From Deltaproteobacteria bacterium (GTDB taxonomy: Bacteria > Desulfobacterota > Binatia > UBA1149 > CAITLU01): a stretch of DNA of 64,000 nucleotides. The DNA lies in the NCBI GenBank assembly GCA_016218925.1, contig JACRCR010000080.1, positions 2,730-66,729 of the forward strand, read 5' to 3'. A program made the position numbers and the translations under genes. Positions 39,037-49,469 of this stretch are shown here, piece by piece. The notes under the pieces were generated by a model, which was not told the origin of the DNA, searched no databases, and saw only the letters and a program-made list of their open reading frames with translations. Position 1 is the first letter of the stretch, and each line of letters starts with the position of its first letter.

Positions 39037-40068
39037 ATGCTGCTGTCCCTGTTCCTGTTTCCACCGCAGGCCTCCACCAACGCCCCAGAGGTGGACGCGC
39101 TGTACCTGTTCCTGGTCGCGCTATGCGGGCTGACGGCACTGGGCGTCATCACGGCGATGACGTTCTTCGCGATCCGCTACCGGCGCACGCCTGAGAACGT
39201 GGTCGGCCACGACATCCACGGCTCGACGGCCCTGGAGATCTTCTGGACCGCCATCCCGTTTCTCATCTTGATGTTCGTGTTCGCGTGGGGCGCCAGTCTC
39301 TACTTCAAGCTGTCGCGCCCGCCTGAGGACGCGATGGAAGTCTTCGTGGTCGGGCGCCAGTGGATGTGGAAGATCCAGCACATGGAAGGCCGGCGCGAAA
39401 TCAACGCGCTGCACGTTCCGGTGGGCAGGCCGATCAAGCTGACGATGACCTCTGAGGACGTTATCCACTCCTTCTACATTCCGGCCTTCCGCGTCAAAGC
39501 CGACGTGGTTCCCGGCCGTTACACCACGCTGTGGTTCCAGCCCACGAAGCCCGGCGAGTACCACCTCTTCTGTGCCGAGTACTGCGGTACCGAACACTCT
39601 CGCATGGGCGGCAGCGTGATAGTCATGCAGCCGGCCGAGTACGAAGCCTGGCTCGCCGGAACTCAGACCGCCGGCGGCGGCACCCCGAGTTCGGGCCTGA
39701 CGCCGGTACAACTGGGCCGCAAGCTCTTCGTCGAGAAAGCCTGCGCCACCTGCCATCTGAACACGCCCGGCGGCGTCGGCCCGGTGCTGGTCGGCATCTA
39801 TGGACGCCAGGTCGAACTCGCCACCGGAGCCACCGTCAAAGTGGATGAAGCCTACGTCCGCGAGTCGATCCTGACGCCGATGGCAAAAGTCGTGAAAGGA
39901 TTCCCGCCGGCGATGCCGACATTCGGCGGACAACTTACCGAAGAGCAGGTGATGTCGCTGATCGCGTACGTGAAGTCGCTCAGTGACGGCGGCGACGCCG
40001 CGGCACCTGCGCCCCATTCCGGCGCGGCCCCTGCGGCACCGACCGCCCCCGGCGCGCCGGCGAACTGA
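39037..40068 (+). CDS. coxB: cytochrome c oxidase subunit II with fused C-terminal cytochrome c domain (caa3-type)
   Basis: Cu_A site (HSFYIPAF…[13 protein letters not shown]) plus CATCH in a C-terminal cyt c domain. Confidence 0.9.
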   Translation: MLLSLFLFPPQASTNAPEVDALYLFLVALCGLTALGVITAMTFFAIRYRRTPENVVGHDIHGSTALEIFWTAIPFLILMFVFAWGASLYFKLSRPPEDAMEVFVVGRQWMWKIQHMEGRREINALHVPVGRPIKLTMTSEDVIHSFYIPAFRVKADVVPGRYTTLWFQPTKPGEYHLFCAEYCGTEHSRMGGSVIVMQPAEYEAWLAGTQTAGGGTPSSGLTPVQLGRKLFVEKACATCHLNTPGGVGPVLVGIYGRQVELATGATVKVDEAYVRESILTPMAKVVKGFPPAMPTFGGQLTEEQVMSLIAYVKSLSDGGDAAAPAPHSGAAPAAPTAPGAPAN

Positions 40069-40079
40069 GGCCCGAAAGC

Positions 40080-41723
40080 ATGCAAACTAGCGAAGCAAAG
40101 AAGGTCAACTACCTCAGCGCCCAACATACTGTGGCGAGCTGGCTGCTGACCATCGACCACAAACGTATCGCCATTCTGTACCTGGTCTCGATCACGGTGA
40201 TGTTCCTGATCGGAGGCTTGATGGCAGCGGCGATCCGCGCCGAACTGCTGACGCCGGCCGGCGACCTGATGGGCTCGGACACCTACAACAAGGCCTTCAC
40301 GTTGCACGGCATCGTGATGGTCTTCTTCTTCCTGATCCCGTCGATCCCGGCCACGCTCGGCAACTTCCTGGTGCCGCTGATGATCGGCGCCAAGGACCTG
40401 GCGTTCCCGCGCATCAATCTGCTCAGCTGGTACATCTACATGGTCGGCGCCACGATCGGCATCGTCGCGACCGTGACCGGCGGGCTGGACACCGGCTGGA
40501 CCCTGTACACGCCCTACAGCACCGCCTACGCGACGACCAACGTCGTGATGCCCGCCATCGGTCTGTTCATCACCGGGTTCTCGTCGATCCTGACCGGCCT
40601 CAACTTCATAGTCACCATCCACAAGATGCGCGCGCCGGGCATGACGTGGTTCCGGTTGCCGCTGTTCATCTGGGCGCAGTACGCCACCAGCATCGTGATG
40701 ATCCTGGCCACGCCGGTGATCGCGATCACCGTGCTCATGGTGGCCATCGATCGAGGCCTCGGTCTGGGCATCTTCGACCCCAAGGCCGGTGGCGACCCGG
40801 TGCTGTTCCAGCATCTGTTCTGGTTCTACTCGCACCCGGCCGTCTACATCATGATCCTGCCGGCGATGGGCGTGATCAGCGAAGTGATCCCGTGCTTCTC
40901 CAAGAAGCGGATCTTCGGCTACAACTTCATCGCCGCCTCGTCGCTCTCGATCGCGATCATCGGCTTCTTCGTCTGGGGCCATCACCTCTTCACGACTCCG
41001 CAGTCGATGTACGCGGCGATGGCCTTCTCGATCATCACCTTCGCGGTCGCCGTGCCGTCGGCGGTCAAGACCTTCAACTGGACCGCGACGATGTACCGGG
41101 GGTCGGTCTCCTTCGAGGCCCCGATGATCTACGCGTTCGGATTCATGGGGCTGTTCCTGGTCGGCGGGCTGACGGGCCTCTTCCTGGGCGCCTTGGGTCT
41201 GGATCTGCACGTCCACGACACCTACTTCGTGGTCGCACACTTCCACTACATCATGGTGGGCGGCGCGATCATGGCGTACATGGCGGGCCTGCACTTCTGG
41301 TGGCCGAAGATGACCGGGAGAATGTATCCCGAGGGTCCCGCCAAGGCCGCCGCGCTGCTGATCTTCGTCGGCTTCAACCTGACCTTCTTCCCGCAGTTCC
41401 TCGCCGGTTACGCCGGCATGCCGCGGCGCTATCACTACTACCCGCCGGAATTCCAGATCTTCAACGTGCTGTCGACCGCAGGTTCTTCGATCCTGGCGCT
41501 CGGGTACCTGCTGCCGCTCGGCTACCTGCTGTGGTCGCTGCGCTACGGTCGCGCGGCCGGCCGCAATCCGTGGGGCGCGACCGGGCTCGAGTGGATGATC
41601 GATTCGCCGCCGTCACCTCATAACTTCGACGAAACCCCGGTCGTGACCTGGGAACCATACGACTACCCCGACGCGCACCGCCGCACCGCGGAGCACGCAG
41701 CCTCGGAGGCCGCCCGTGTCTGA
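40080..41723 (+). CDS. coxA: cytochrome c oxidase subunit I
   Basis: Twelve-TM haem-copper oxidase core with conserved His ligands. Confidence 0.9.
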   Translation: MQTSEAKKVNYLSAQHTVASWLLTIDHKRIAILYLVSITVMFLIGGLMAAAIRAELLTPAGDLMGSDTYNKAFTLHGIVMVFFFLIPSIPATLGNFLVPLMIGAKDLAFPRINLLSWYIYMVGATIGIVATVTGGLDTGWTLYTPYSTAYATTNVVMPAIGLFITGFSSILTGLNFIVTIHKMRAPGMTWFRLPLFIWAQYATSIVMILATPVIAITVLMVAIDRGLGLGIFDPKAGGDPVLFQHLFWFYSHPAVYIMILPAMGVISEVIPCFSKKRIFGYNFIAASSLSIAIIGFFVWGHHLFTTPQSMYAAMAFSIITFAVAVPSAVKTFNWTATMYRGSVSFEAPMIYAFGFMGLFLVGGLTGLFLGALGLDLHVHDTYFVVAHFHYIMVGGAIMAYMAGLHFWWPKMTGRMYPEGPAKAAALLIFVGFNLTFFPQFLAGYAGMPRRYHYYPPEFQIFNVLSTAGSSILALGYLLPLGYLLWSLRYGRAAGRNPWGATGLEWMIDSPPSPHNFDETPVVTWEPYDYPDAHRRTAEHAASEAARV

Positions 41724-42360
41724 AATCGCCTCGCGTCTCCAGCACCACTTCGCCAACGAGGAGCAGCAGTACGACGCTGCCACCTTCGGGATGTGGGTGT
41801 TCCTCGTCACCGAGATCATGTTCTTCGGTGGCCTGCTGACGGCCTACGTGGTCTACCGCACCGCCTACCCGGAAGTGTTCGCCACGGCGAGCCATCACCT
41901 GAACGTCTATCTCGGCACCTTCAACACCATCGTACTGATCGGCAGCTCGCTCACCATGGCGATGGCAGTGCACTCGGCCCGCCTGAACCAGCGCCAGAAG
42001 CTGGCCGTCTATCTGATCCTGACGATGATCCTGGGATCGGTGTTCCTCGGCGTGAAGGCCTACGAGTACACGCACAAGTGGCACGAAGGCCTGTTCCCCG
42101 GCAACTTCTTCTACGCCGGCCCCGACGCCGTTCATCAGCGGCTGTTCTTCTCGGTCTACTTCGCGCTGACGGGTCTTCACGCCACCCACATGATCATCGG
42201 CATCGGCATCATGCTGGTGATCCTGCGCATGAGCATGAAGGGAAGGTTCGACGAAACTTGGTACACCCCGGTCGAGATCACCGGCCTGTACTGGCACTTC
42301 GTAGACCTGGTGTGGATCTTCCTGTTCCCGCTGCTCTATCTCATCCAGCGTCACGGCTAG
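41716..42360 (+). CDS. coxC: cytochrome c oxidase subunit III
   Basis: The GTG start overlaps the coxA stop by 8 nt. Typical subunit III sequence. Confidence 0.85.
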   Translation: MSEIASRLQHHFANEEQQYDAATFGMWVFLVTEIMFFGGLLTAYVVYRTAYPEVFATASHHLNVYLGTFNTIVLIGSSLTMAMAVHSARLNQRQKLAVYLILTMILGSVFLGVKAYEYTHKWHEGLFPGNFFYAGPDAVHQRLFFSVYFALTGLHATHMIIGIGIMLVILRMSMKGRFDETWYTPVEITGLYWHFVDLVWIFLFPLLYLIQRHG

Positions 42361-42370
42361 GAGCCCAGTC

Positions 42371-42682
42371 ATGTCGAAGCACCGCTACGATCCCCAGGCC
42401 ACGGTTCGGGCCTACATCATGGTCTTCGCCTGCCTGATGATCTTCACGGCCCTGACGGTTGCGGCAGCCTTCGTCGACCTCGGCGCGATGAACAACGCGG
42501 TCGCGATGGCCATCGCCGCGACCAAGGCGGTGCTGGTCGCGATGATCTTCATGCACCTGCGCGGTGGCTCGCCGCTGAACGTGCTGTGGATCAGCAGCGG
42601 CATCTTCGGCTTCGTGATCATGATCGCCTTCCCGCTGCTCGACCTGCTCAGCCGCAACATCCTCGGCATCCCGGGGAAGTAA
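42371..42682 (+). CDS. cytochrome c oxidase subunit IV (bacterial caa3 small subunit)
   Basis: A 103-aa three-TM protein immediately after coxC. Confidence 0.65.
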   Translation: MSKHRYDPQATVRAYIMVFACLMIFTALTVAAAFVDLGAMNNAVAMAIAATKAVLVAMIFMHLRGGSPLNVLWISSGIFGFVIMIAFPLLDLLSRNILGIPGK

Positions 42683-42734
42683 CCACGACGACCTGCGGCC
42701 GCGCCGCGGAAGGATCGAACGACCGGCGAGTTCT

Positions 42735-43367
42735 TCAGCCGACTGCGAGGATTCCGCGCAGCAATTCGACCAGGTGAGGCGGGGCCTTCTTCGGCGATCC
42801 GCAATCGAAAGGCGGCTGCGGATCGTACTCGATGGCGAGCTGGATGGTCTTGGCGAAATCGTCGCCGGCCTCGATCGCGGCCAGCGTCAACGCCATGTCG
42901 ATGCCGGCCGAGACTCCGGCGCCGGTGATCACCTTGCCGCGGCGAACCACCCGCTCCTCGGTGTAGTGGGCCCCGAAAGCTTCGAGCTTGTCCGCGCTCG
43001 CCCAGTGCGTGGTCGCGTCGAGTCCGCGCAAGATTCCGGCAGCACCTAGAATCAGCGCGCCGGTACACACGGAGGTCGTCCACTTGGTGGTCTGGTGAAC
43101 GCGCCGCACCCAATCGACGATTTCAGTGTCGGCCGCCGCCGCTTCGTCGCCGGGGCCGCCCGGGATCAGCAGGATGTCGGGCGCGGTTGCTTCGGCGATG
43201 GACGCCTGCGCCAGCACCGTGAGCATCCCGGTGTCGGTCGTCACCGGTCCCGCCTGCTTGGCAACGAAACGCAGCCGCGCGCCGGGAATGCGCGACAGGA
43301 TCTCGTAGGGCCCCATGCAGTCGAGAGCCGTGAAACGGTCATACAAGAGAACGTTGATCTCCATCAC
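42735..43367 (-). CDS. DJ-1/PfpI family protein
   Basis: Nucleophile-elbow Cys (TSVCTGALILG) in the class I glutamine amidotransferase-like fold. Confidence 0.75.
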   Translation of the reverse strand: MMEINVLLYDRFTALDCMGPYEILSRIPGARLRFVAKQAGPVTTDTGMLTVLAQASIAEATAPDILLIPGGPGDEAAAADTEIVDWVRRVHQTTKWTTSVCTGALILGAAGILRGLDATTHWASADKLEAFGAHYTEERVVRRGKVITGAGVSAGIDMALTLAAIEAGDDFAKTIQLAIEYDPQPPFDCGSPKKAPPHLVELLRGILAVG

Positions 43368-43376
43368 ACTTCTCCG

Positions 43377-44576
43377 TCAGCGCGGCCGCGCGCCCTTGGC
43401 GCTGCCATCGGCGGCGTGCTTGGCGCTGCCATCGGCGGAAGGCTCATCGGCGCTGCCATCGGCGGCGTGCTTGGCGCCCGCTTTGCTCTCCATGGTTTCG
43501 AGCTGGCTGCGAAACTTTTCGCAAGGATCGTCGTCGTTCGCGCGAGGCGTGAACCAGACGTAGTCGAACGGCAGCACCTCGGCTCGCAGCGCGTCGGCAT
43601 AGTCAGCGGGTTCGTCTCCGCCAGGCAGTGCTTCGATGAATCCGAGCGATCGAACCGACGCCGATGGGTCGAGTTCATGCAGCACCATCGGCACCGCGTA
43701 GTCGGCCCGCGAGTGGCCGAATCCCGCCACCAGCACCGCGCCCTCGCCGGCGCCGCGGCCTGCCGCGAGCAGCGCCCGCGCCATCGCCACATCGCGACGC
43801 CGTTGCACGGTGATCATCGCCGCGATCATCGACTCGTGTGCGTACCCGCAGTGCGAGCCGACGATGTCGTCGGCCATGAGGTCGCGAAGCCGCCGCGGCA
43901 GCTCGAGGCGCAGCGCAGGATCCTCGCCCGCCGCGCTTTCGGCCGCCTTGAAGTCGGCGGCGGCAAGACGGGTGCGCGAAAGTCCCGCCGCGACGATCGG
44001 AAGGTGATGCGAAATCACCGTGGCGAACACCGGCCGGTAGATCGCAAAGGCCGGCCATCCGCTCTTGTCCCAATTGACCGCCGCGCCGAGTTGATCGACG
44101 CCCAAGGGAGAGACCTGCAGACTACGATCCACGTCGCTCTGTTTCTCGACATCGATCATCTCGAAGACCACCCGCGGCCGGCGCCCGCCGCGCGTGATGG
44201 CGTCGATCAGCCAGGCTTGCAGTCGGTGGTGGTCGACGTTGTCGTGCTGCTCGCCGAGCAGCACCAGATCGACCCTCGAGAAGGCGTCCAGCATCCCAGA
44301 AGGCGCGATGAAGCGCCCGCGGCGAACGTCGAAGAGACGCCCCGACAGCGGATGGTCGCGGGATAGCGGCGACTGGAACGGAGGCAGCGCGGGGAGCACT
44401 GAAGCCCCCGCCAGATCGTGGGCCTTGGTGCCCCACCATGGCGAAGCCGCCGCGGCGCCGGCCAGCCACAGCGATGCCGCCGCGATGACGGCGCCCTCCA
44501 GCAGCAACCTCGCAAGCAGCGACGGCGAAACGGCGGCGCACCCCGGCCGCGCGCCGCTGAAACTCCGGACACGCAC
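43377..44576 (-). CDS. ChaN-family (haem-binding, Tiki/DUF399-like) secreted protein with C-terminal tandem repeat
   Basis: Signal peptide and ChaN-like core (GEQHDNVDHH…). The C-terminus carries (AKHAADGS)n repeats. GTG start. Confidence 0.6.
   Translation of the reverse strand: MRVRSFSGARPGCAAVSPSLLARLLLEGAVIAAASLWLAGAAAASPWWGTKAHDLAGASVLPALPPFQSPLSRDHPLSGRLFDVRRGRFIAPSGMLDAFSRVDLVLLGEQHDNVDHHRLQAWLIDAITRGGRRPRVVFEMIDVEKQSDVDRSLQVSPLGVDQLGAAVNWDKSGWPAFAIYRPVFATVISHHLPIVAAGLSRTRLAAADFKAAESAAGEDPALRLELPRRLRDLMADDIVGSHCGYAHESMIAAMITVQRRRDVAMARALLAAGRGAGEGAVLVAGFGHSRADYAVPMVLHELDPSASVRSLGFIEALPGGDEPADYADALRAEVLPFDYVWFTPRANDDDPCEKFRSQLETMESKAGAKHAADGSADEPSADGSAKHAADGSAKGARPR
43395..43480. repeat. 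imperfect ~24-27 bp tandem repeat (x3) inside the ChaN-like CDS
   Basis: cttggcgctgccatcggcggcgtg recurs at 43395, 43419 (with insertion) and 43455. It encodes AKHAADGSA(D/K) units on the minus strand. Confidence 0.7.
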
Positions 44577-44587
44577 GAGGCCGAGCC

Positions 44588-45145
44588 TCAGCGAACCCTT
44601 TCCAGGTACTGGCCGGTGGAGGTGTCGATGCGAACGCGCTCGCCCTCTTTGACGAAGGCCGGAACCGTGATCATCAGGCCGGTCTCCAGCTTGGCCGGCT
44701 TGGGACTACCCGAGGCAGTCGCTCCCTTCATCTCGGGCTGCGTTTCCACGACCGTCAGCTCGATCACGCCCGGAGGTTCGATCCCGATCGGGCGCCCCTC
44801 GTACATCTCCATCTCGATCTGGATACCATCCACCAGGTAGTAGACGTTGTCGCCGAGCGCTTCGGCATCGAGACCGATCTGATCGTAGGTCTCGGTGTTC
44901 ATGAAGTGGAACGTGTCGCCCTCTTTGTAGAGGTACTGCATCATGTGCTGTTCGAGTTGCACGCGTTCGATGTTTTCGGTCGAACTGAAGCGCGCCTCGG
45001 TAGCGAGCCCGGACTTCAGGTTGCGCAGCTTGGCCTGAACAAAGGCACGAAGGTTCCCGGGGGTACGGTGCTGGAACTCGAGCACGCGATGCGGAGCCCC
45101 GTTGAACATGATCACGTTGCCGCGGCGAATGTCGCTGGCGTTCAT
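44588..45145 (-). CDS. efp: elongation factor P
   Basis: 185-aa EF-P (MNASDIRRGNVIMFNGAPHRVLEFQH…). The ATG at 45145 is preceded by an AGGAGGAG RBS. The upstream part of the 408-aa ORF-track frame is not coding. Confidence 0.9.
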   Translation of the reverse strand: MNASDIRRGNVIMFNGAPHRVLEFQHRTPGNLRAFVQAKLRNLKSGLATEARFSSTENIERVQLEQHMMQYLYKEGDTFHFMNTETYDQIGLDAEALGDNVYYLVDGIQIEMEMYEGRPIGIEPPGVIELTVVETQPEMKGATASGSPKPAKLETGLMITVPAFVKEGERVRIDTSTGQYLERVR

Positions 45146-45376
45146 GGCAGCTTTCTCCTCCTGAAGGTCACCGGACCGAAAGGGCCCGCGGAGCCAGCGA
45201 CAATACACGAGCCACCCGCAGGCCCAAACAGCCCCGCGCAGCCGTGATCGACGCATCCCGGCGCCATCGGGGTCGCGCCGCAGCGCACTTTCGGGCCGGC
45301 GGCGCGCCGGGCGGCACGCGCCACCGACGCGCCGCGCTTGCCATTTTGCGCTGGAACCGGCTACGCAGGCGCTCCG

Positions 45377-46291
45377 ATGACTCGCGCCAGGAAGACTCAG
45401 TGGCTCACCGCGATCGCCATGACCGCGCTGGCGGGTTGGATGCTGAAGATCTTCCTGCTCGACAGCTCGCCCCTGCCGCTTACCTTCTCGTACCCTCTGG
45501 ACCTGGACCACCTTCGAACCGTTGCCGGAGAGCGCGACCTGCCCCTGCGCGTGAACACCGTGCGAATCGCCGACGGCGCCTTCCCCGAGTATGTGGTCGT
45601 GGCCGGCGGCGGCCGCGCCGGGGTTGCGGTGACGTGGCAGACTTTCCAGATCGTCTACGCCGACAAGACGGTCATCATCGACCCGGCCCACGACGAGGCC
45701 CGACACAAAGCCTTCAAGTTCGCCGGTCCCTACCATCAAGAGGGCTGGGACGCGATGCAGGCGGCGTTGGCCAAGGCGTCGCTGATCCTGGCCACCGCCG
45801 AGCAGTGGGATCATCTCGCGGGTGTGACGGCGTCACCGAATGTCGCCACGCTGCTTCCTCACCTGCTGCTCAACCACAAGCAACTCGACAACGCGACGCT
45901 GCTCGAGCAAGGCGGTCTCGGCGCCGAGATGCGCGGCAAGGTCCAGTCCCTCACCTACGAAGGCGCCCACGCGGTGGCTCCGGGCCTGGTGCTGCTACCG
46001 GCTCCCGGACACACGCAAGGTTCGCAGATGATCTACGTGCGGTTGCAAAGCGGCGCGGAGTTGCTCTTCGTAGGTGACGTCGTGTGGACCACGCTCAACC
46101 TGGATCGCCGTGCCAGCCACAGCCGACTGGTGGCCAACCTCTCGGGCGAGGACCGCGAACGCATGGCGGACCAGACCCGCGCGCTGGTCGACCTGCGCGA
46201 GCACGGCGCCGTACACCTGGTGATCGCCCACGACGGAGCGCAGACCGACAAGCTGATTGCGGCCGGCATCGTCGGCCGCGAGTTCGAGTAG
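45377..46291 (+). CDS. MBL-fold metallo-hydrolase
   Basis: Beta-lactamase-like fold with a His/Asp metal motif region (…LLPAPGHTQGSQMIY…). Start at MTRARKTQW with an N-terminal TM or signal. Confidence 0.7.
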   Translation: MTRARKTQWLTAIAMTALAGWMLKIFLLDSSPLPLTFSYPLDLDHLRTVAGERDLPLRVNTVRIADGAFPEYVVVAGGGRAGVAVTWQTFQIVYADKTVIIDPAHDEARHKAFKFAGPYHQEGWDAMQAALAKASLILATAEQWDHLAGVTASPNVATLLPHLLLNHKQLDNATLLEQGGLGAEMRGKVQSLTYEGAHAVAPGLVLLPAPGHTQGSQMIYVRLQSGAELLFVGDVVWTTLNLDRRASHSRLVANLSGEDRERMADQTRALVDLREHGAVHLVIAHDGAQTDKLIAAGIVGREFE

Positions 46292-46315
46292 ACCGACAAC
46301 CGGAGGAACACTGCA

Positions 46316-47062
46316 ATGCCCCAAGCCGCGATCGAGCTCCTTCAGTTCCCGTTTTCGCACTTCAACGAGAAGGTGCGCTGGGCTCTGGACTTCAAAGGTC
46401 TCGCACACACGCGTACCAACTATCTCCCAGGTCCCCACGTCCCGCAGATCCGCCGGCTCACCGGCCAGAACGCGGTTCCGGTGCTGCGCATCGACGGCAA
46501 GGTCATCTTCGGCTCGGGGCGCATCATCGACGAACTCGAGCAGCGCTACCCTACCCCGCCGTTGTATCCGCAGGACCGCGCACTGCGTGACGAAGCGCTC
46601 GCGTTGCAGGCTCGCTTCGACAAGGAACTCGGTCCCGCCACGCGACGCCTCATCTTCGACGCCACCTTGGGTGAGCCCGCCTACGTGGCCGACATGTTCT
46701 CGACAGGTCACGCGCAGTGGAAGCGCACGATCTACCGCATTGCCTCACCGCTCACCGCCATCGTCATTCGCAAAGGCAACGGCGTCGATCCCGAGCGCGT
46801 GCGCAAGGCCGAAGACCTGGTGGCAAGTACGCTCGACTTTCTCGCCGAGCGCAGCGCCGCCACTGGCTATCTGGTCGGCGATACGTTCAGCGTAGCGGAT
46901 CTCGCCGCCGTCGCGCTGCTCGGCCCGATCACCGACGTCCCGCATCCCGACATGAAGAAGCCGCGGCCGATGCCCGCGCGCGCCGAAGCACTGCTGGCGC
47001 GGTATGTCGGGCATCCTGCGGTGAGTTGGGCGCTGGAGATGTACCGGCAGCATCGGCCGTGA
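46316..47062 (+). CDS. glutathione S-transferase family protein
   Basis: Thioredoxin-like N-domain (ELLQFPFSHFNEKVRWAL…VPVL) plus a helical C-domain. Confidence 0.7.
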   Translation: MPQAAIELLQFPFSHFNEKVRWALDFKGLAHTRTNYLPGPHVPQIRRLTGQNAVPVLRIDGKVIFGSGRIIDELEQRYPTPPLYPQDRALRDEALALQARFDKELGPATRRLIFDATLGEPAYVADMFSTGHAQWKRTIYRIASPLTAIVIRKGNGVDPERVRKAEDLVASTLDFLAERSAATGYLVGDTFSVADLAAVALLGPITDVPHPDMKKPRPMPARAEALLARYVGHPAVSWALEMYRQHRP

Positions 47063-47529
47063 GGGAGAGGGGGGTCAAGTCGCGGCTTGCGATTTGCCCA
47101 GCTGATTCTCATCGTGAACGGCAATTTTCGACGAGTACTCGACACGTCGGTTCGGCTCGATCGCAGGCGGAGTTGGTCCAGCCGAAGAACGGGAGGGTAT
47201 TCGTACGGTCTCGAGCCCGGTCTTGCGTGGTTGAGGCGAACGCCACCGCGGCATCCTCGAGCGCGGCCGTCTGGTCTCTGTGGGCGGCCCGCCCTTCAGA
47301 ACTCGGCACCTCGGGCTTGACGATGCCACCGTCACTCGGGCATGAATCCAACCGGCAGGAATTTCTGGAACCCGCAGAAGGCATGGAACCGCCCGGGAGC
47401 TCGCAAGCCGCATCACTGAGCGCTAACAACGCCAAGATCACGTACAGAGCCATTCCGCGCTGTCAGGCGTGGCGCCAAGAGACCGGCGTCCGCGGCTCTC
47501 GGTGTCCCAAGAACGGAAGGTAACAAGAG

Positions 47530-48342
47530 ATGAACGCAGATTTTGCGACGTGGAGTCATCTGGAGAAGCTCACTTGGCTGGACGTATTGCTTGCCCTCTC
47601 CGTGTTGGTCGTGGCGAGGCTCTTGTCGCTTCTTCTTCGCGGCCTGATCCGCCGCGTCGCAGAGAGCGCCTCGCCGCACCTGCGACTCTCGCTCCTGCGC
47701 GCGATGCCCGTCGTCCGTCTTCTGATCGGGGTTGCGGCGCTGATCGCCATCGTCCCGATCTTTGTCGAGCCCACGTTCACCAACGCCGTGGCGGTGGTTG
47801 CGAGCGTGGGTCTGGCGCTCGCTTTCGCGTTCAAGGACTACGGAAGCAGCCTGATTGCCGGGTTGCTAACCGTGCTGGAGAACACCTACCAGCCGGGGGA
47901 CTGGATCGAGATGGGCGGGGTCTACGGAGAGGTCAAGTCGATCGAGCTGCGAGCGACGCGGATCGTCACGGCCGACGACACCGAGGTGATCGTTCCCAAC
48001 TCACGGATGTGGTCGGGGAATGTCGCAAACGCCACCAGCGGACGTCGAAGCCTGCTATGTGTCGCGGAGTTCTACCTCCACCCCGACCACGACGGGTTCA
48101 GCGTGCGGGCGCAACTGGCGCAAGTCGCCGAGGTCAGCGCCTATCGGAAGGCAGACACGCCGGTTTCCGTCACCGTCTTGGAAAAACCTTGGGGAACAAA
48201 ATACCGTCTGAAGGCTTACGTCAAAGAAAGCCGTGACCAGTTCATATTCATCACCGACCTGACGCTCCGAGGCCGACAATCGCTTCGGGACGCGGGTATC
48301 CGATTTACACAGATCCCCTACTCGGTTTCGGAACCCGCGTAG
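47530..48342 (+). CDS. mechanosensitive ion channel (MscS family) protein
   Basis: Three TM helices followed by the MscS beta-domain (YQPGDWIEMGGVYGEVKSIELRATRI). Confidence 0.75.
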   Translation: MNADFATWSHLEKLTWLDVLLALSVLVVARLLSLLLRGLIRRVAESASPHLRLSLLRAMPVVRLLIGVAALIAIVPIFVEPTFTNAVAVVASVGLALAFAFKDYGSSLIAGLLTVLENTYQPGDWIEMGGVYGEVKSIELRATRIVTADDTEVIVPNSRMWSGNVANATSGRRSLLCVAEFYLHPDHDGFSVRAQLAQVAEVSAYRKADTPVSVTVLEKPWGTKYRLKAYVKESRDQFIFITDLTLRGRQSLRDAGIRFTQIPYSVSEPA

Positions 48343-48594
48343 TCCGCAGCGGCAAGGCCGAGAACCGGCGCTGCTGATTCTCAACGCCAACGGGCGACTG
48401 CCGTGCGAGTTCCCGATACGTAGGCCGGGTTCGATCGGGGTTGTGGGATGTGGGAACCGGAGCAGCGGTCAAAACGAGCACGACACCGCGGATGCCGTCG
48501 CTTGGGCGCGTCGTGGTGCCAAAGCCGGCCACTGCCCGGCAAGGCTGATCGAGCCCGACACACGTGCCCACCCTCACGCCCCGCCCCACGCGTC

Positions 48595-48999
48595 GTGATC
48601 GACACCGATCTCGTTCTGTCGTCGTTGGTCTTTGGCGGCGGGACACGCGGTGCTTTGCGACAGCGCTGGCACAAAGGCCGCTGCGTCCCTCTCGTGTCGA
48701 ACGTCACGGCGTCAGGACTCTTCCGCGTTCTGACCTATCCCAAGTTCAAACTCAGCCCTGACGAGCGAGAGGAGTTGCTGGCCGACTATCTGCCGTGGCG
48801 CACGACTGTAGATATCCCTGATCCACCACCGACTACTCCAACGTGTCGCGATCCCTCCAACCAGCCGTTCCTCGAACTCGCGCCCGGCAACGCGGACTCT
48901 CTTCTGGCGGGAGACGCCGACCTCCACGAGCTGGCAGGCCGGTCTCGCTGCCCCATCGTGCGCGCCGCCGTCTTTCTCGAAACCGTGCGCATTGCCTGA
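48595..48999 (+). CDS. PIN-domain protein (putative toxin, TIGR00305-like), apparently orphan
   Basis: VVIDTDLVLSS… N-terminus and a C-terminal CRDPSNQPFLELAPGNADSLLAGDADLHEL matching the PIN-family RDP.D…L.TGDKDLL pattern. The start is uncertain (GTG at 48595, or the ORF-track start at 48448). Confidence 0.55.
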   Translation: MIDTDLVLSSLVFGGGTRGALRQRWHKGRCVPLVSNVTASGLFRVLTYPKFKLSPDEREELLADYLPWRTTVDIPDPPPTTPTCRDPSNQPFLELAPGNADSLLAGDADLHELAGRSRCPIVRAAVFLETVRIA

Positions 49000-49039
49000 G
49001 ATTGCCGGACACCCGCGCAACCCGCGCGATCGGGACCGT

Positions 49040-49116
49040 ACGGAGTTGACCATATTGGTTAATTTGATCATATTACCCAAGAACTGGCGCGGCGCGAGTC
49101 TCGCCGAGGAGACCCT
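49040..49116 (+). promoter_or_regulatory. AT-rich promoter/operator region of the Phd-zeta toxin-antitoxin pair
   Basis: There is a local GC drop. TTGACC at the -35 position and several candidate -10 hexamers (TAATTT, CATATT) lie downstream. A direct repeat catatt…catatt and a palindrome tgatca sit just upstream of the antitoxin ATG at 49117. Confidence 0.35.
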
Positions 49117-49467
49117 ATGACAAGCCGAGCCGCCGCAGACTTGCCGGACATGGCCCGTGCCAGAAACTTTTCCGCCACTGACGCCAAGGCCAAACTCGGC
49201 GAGGTGATAGATCTGGTGGCGGCCGGCGGGGTCGCGACCATCACGCGGCGGGGCCGCCAGCGTTTCGCGCTGCTCCGCCTCGAGACTGTCGAAGCCCTGC
49301 TCACCATGGCCAGAGACCACGAACTCGACTTCCTCGGCAAGCGCTACGACGACCTCGTCGCGTGCATGCAGAGCGCGGAGTCTAAGGCGGCGGTCGATGC
49401 TTTGTTTACGGCGGACGCTCAACAAGTCGGCGCGGCTTCGACGCATGTCGCCGCCCCTAAGACCTGA
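49117..49467 (+). CDS. Phd/YefM-family type II antitoxin
   Basis: N-terminus …ARNFSATDAKAKLGEVIDLVAAGGVATITRRGRQRFALLRLETVEALL matches the Phd/YefM fold. Its stop lies 2 nt before the toxin ATG. Confidence 0.6.
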   Translation: MTSRAAADLPDMARARNFSATDAKAKLGEVIDLVAAGGVATITRRGRQRFALLRLETVEALLTMARDHELDFLGKRYDDLVACMQSAESKAAVDALFTADAQQVGAASTHVAAPKT

Positions 49468-49469
49468 CC

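Noticed and set aside
42683-42734. A Rho-independent terminator after the subunit IV gene.
   Set aside because: It has a GC-rich partial palindrome (ctgcggccgcgccgcgg) but no U-tract and an imperfect stem. I was not confident enough to call it.
45146-45814. A 223-aa N-terminal extension of efp in the ORF track (408-aa frame).
   Set aside because: EF-P is ~185 aa. A strong AGGAGGAG RBS precedes the internal ATG at 45145. The extension is Arg/Gly-rich noise.
47063-47529. A tRNA gene in the long intergenic region.
   Set aside because: There is no GTTCRANYC T-loop with flanking acceptor-stem complementarity. The only ggttcggctcgatcg segment lacks the cloverleaf context.
48448-48594. An upstream in-frame extension of the PIN gene as a possible fused antitoxin.
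   Set aside because: The 49 extra residues are basic and low-complexity with no RHH/AbrB/HTH-like pattern. It is probably non-coding leader, though the start remains uncertain.
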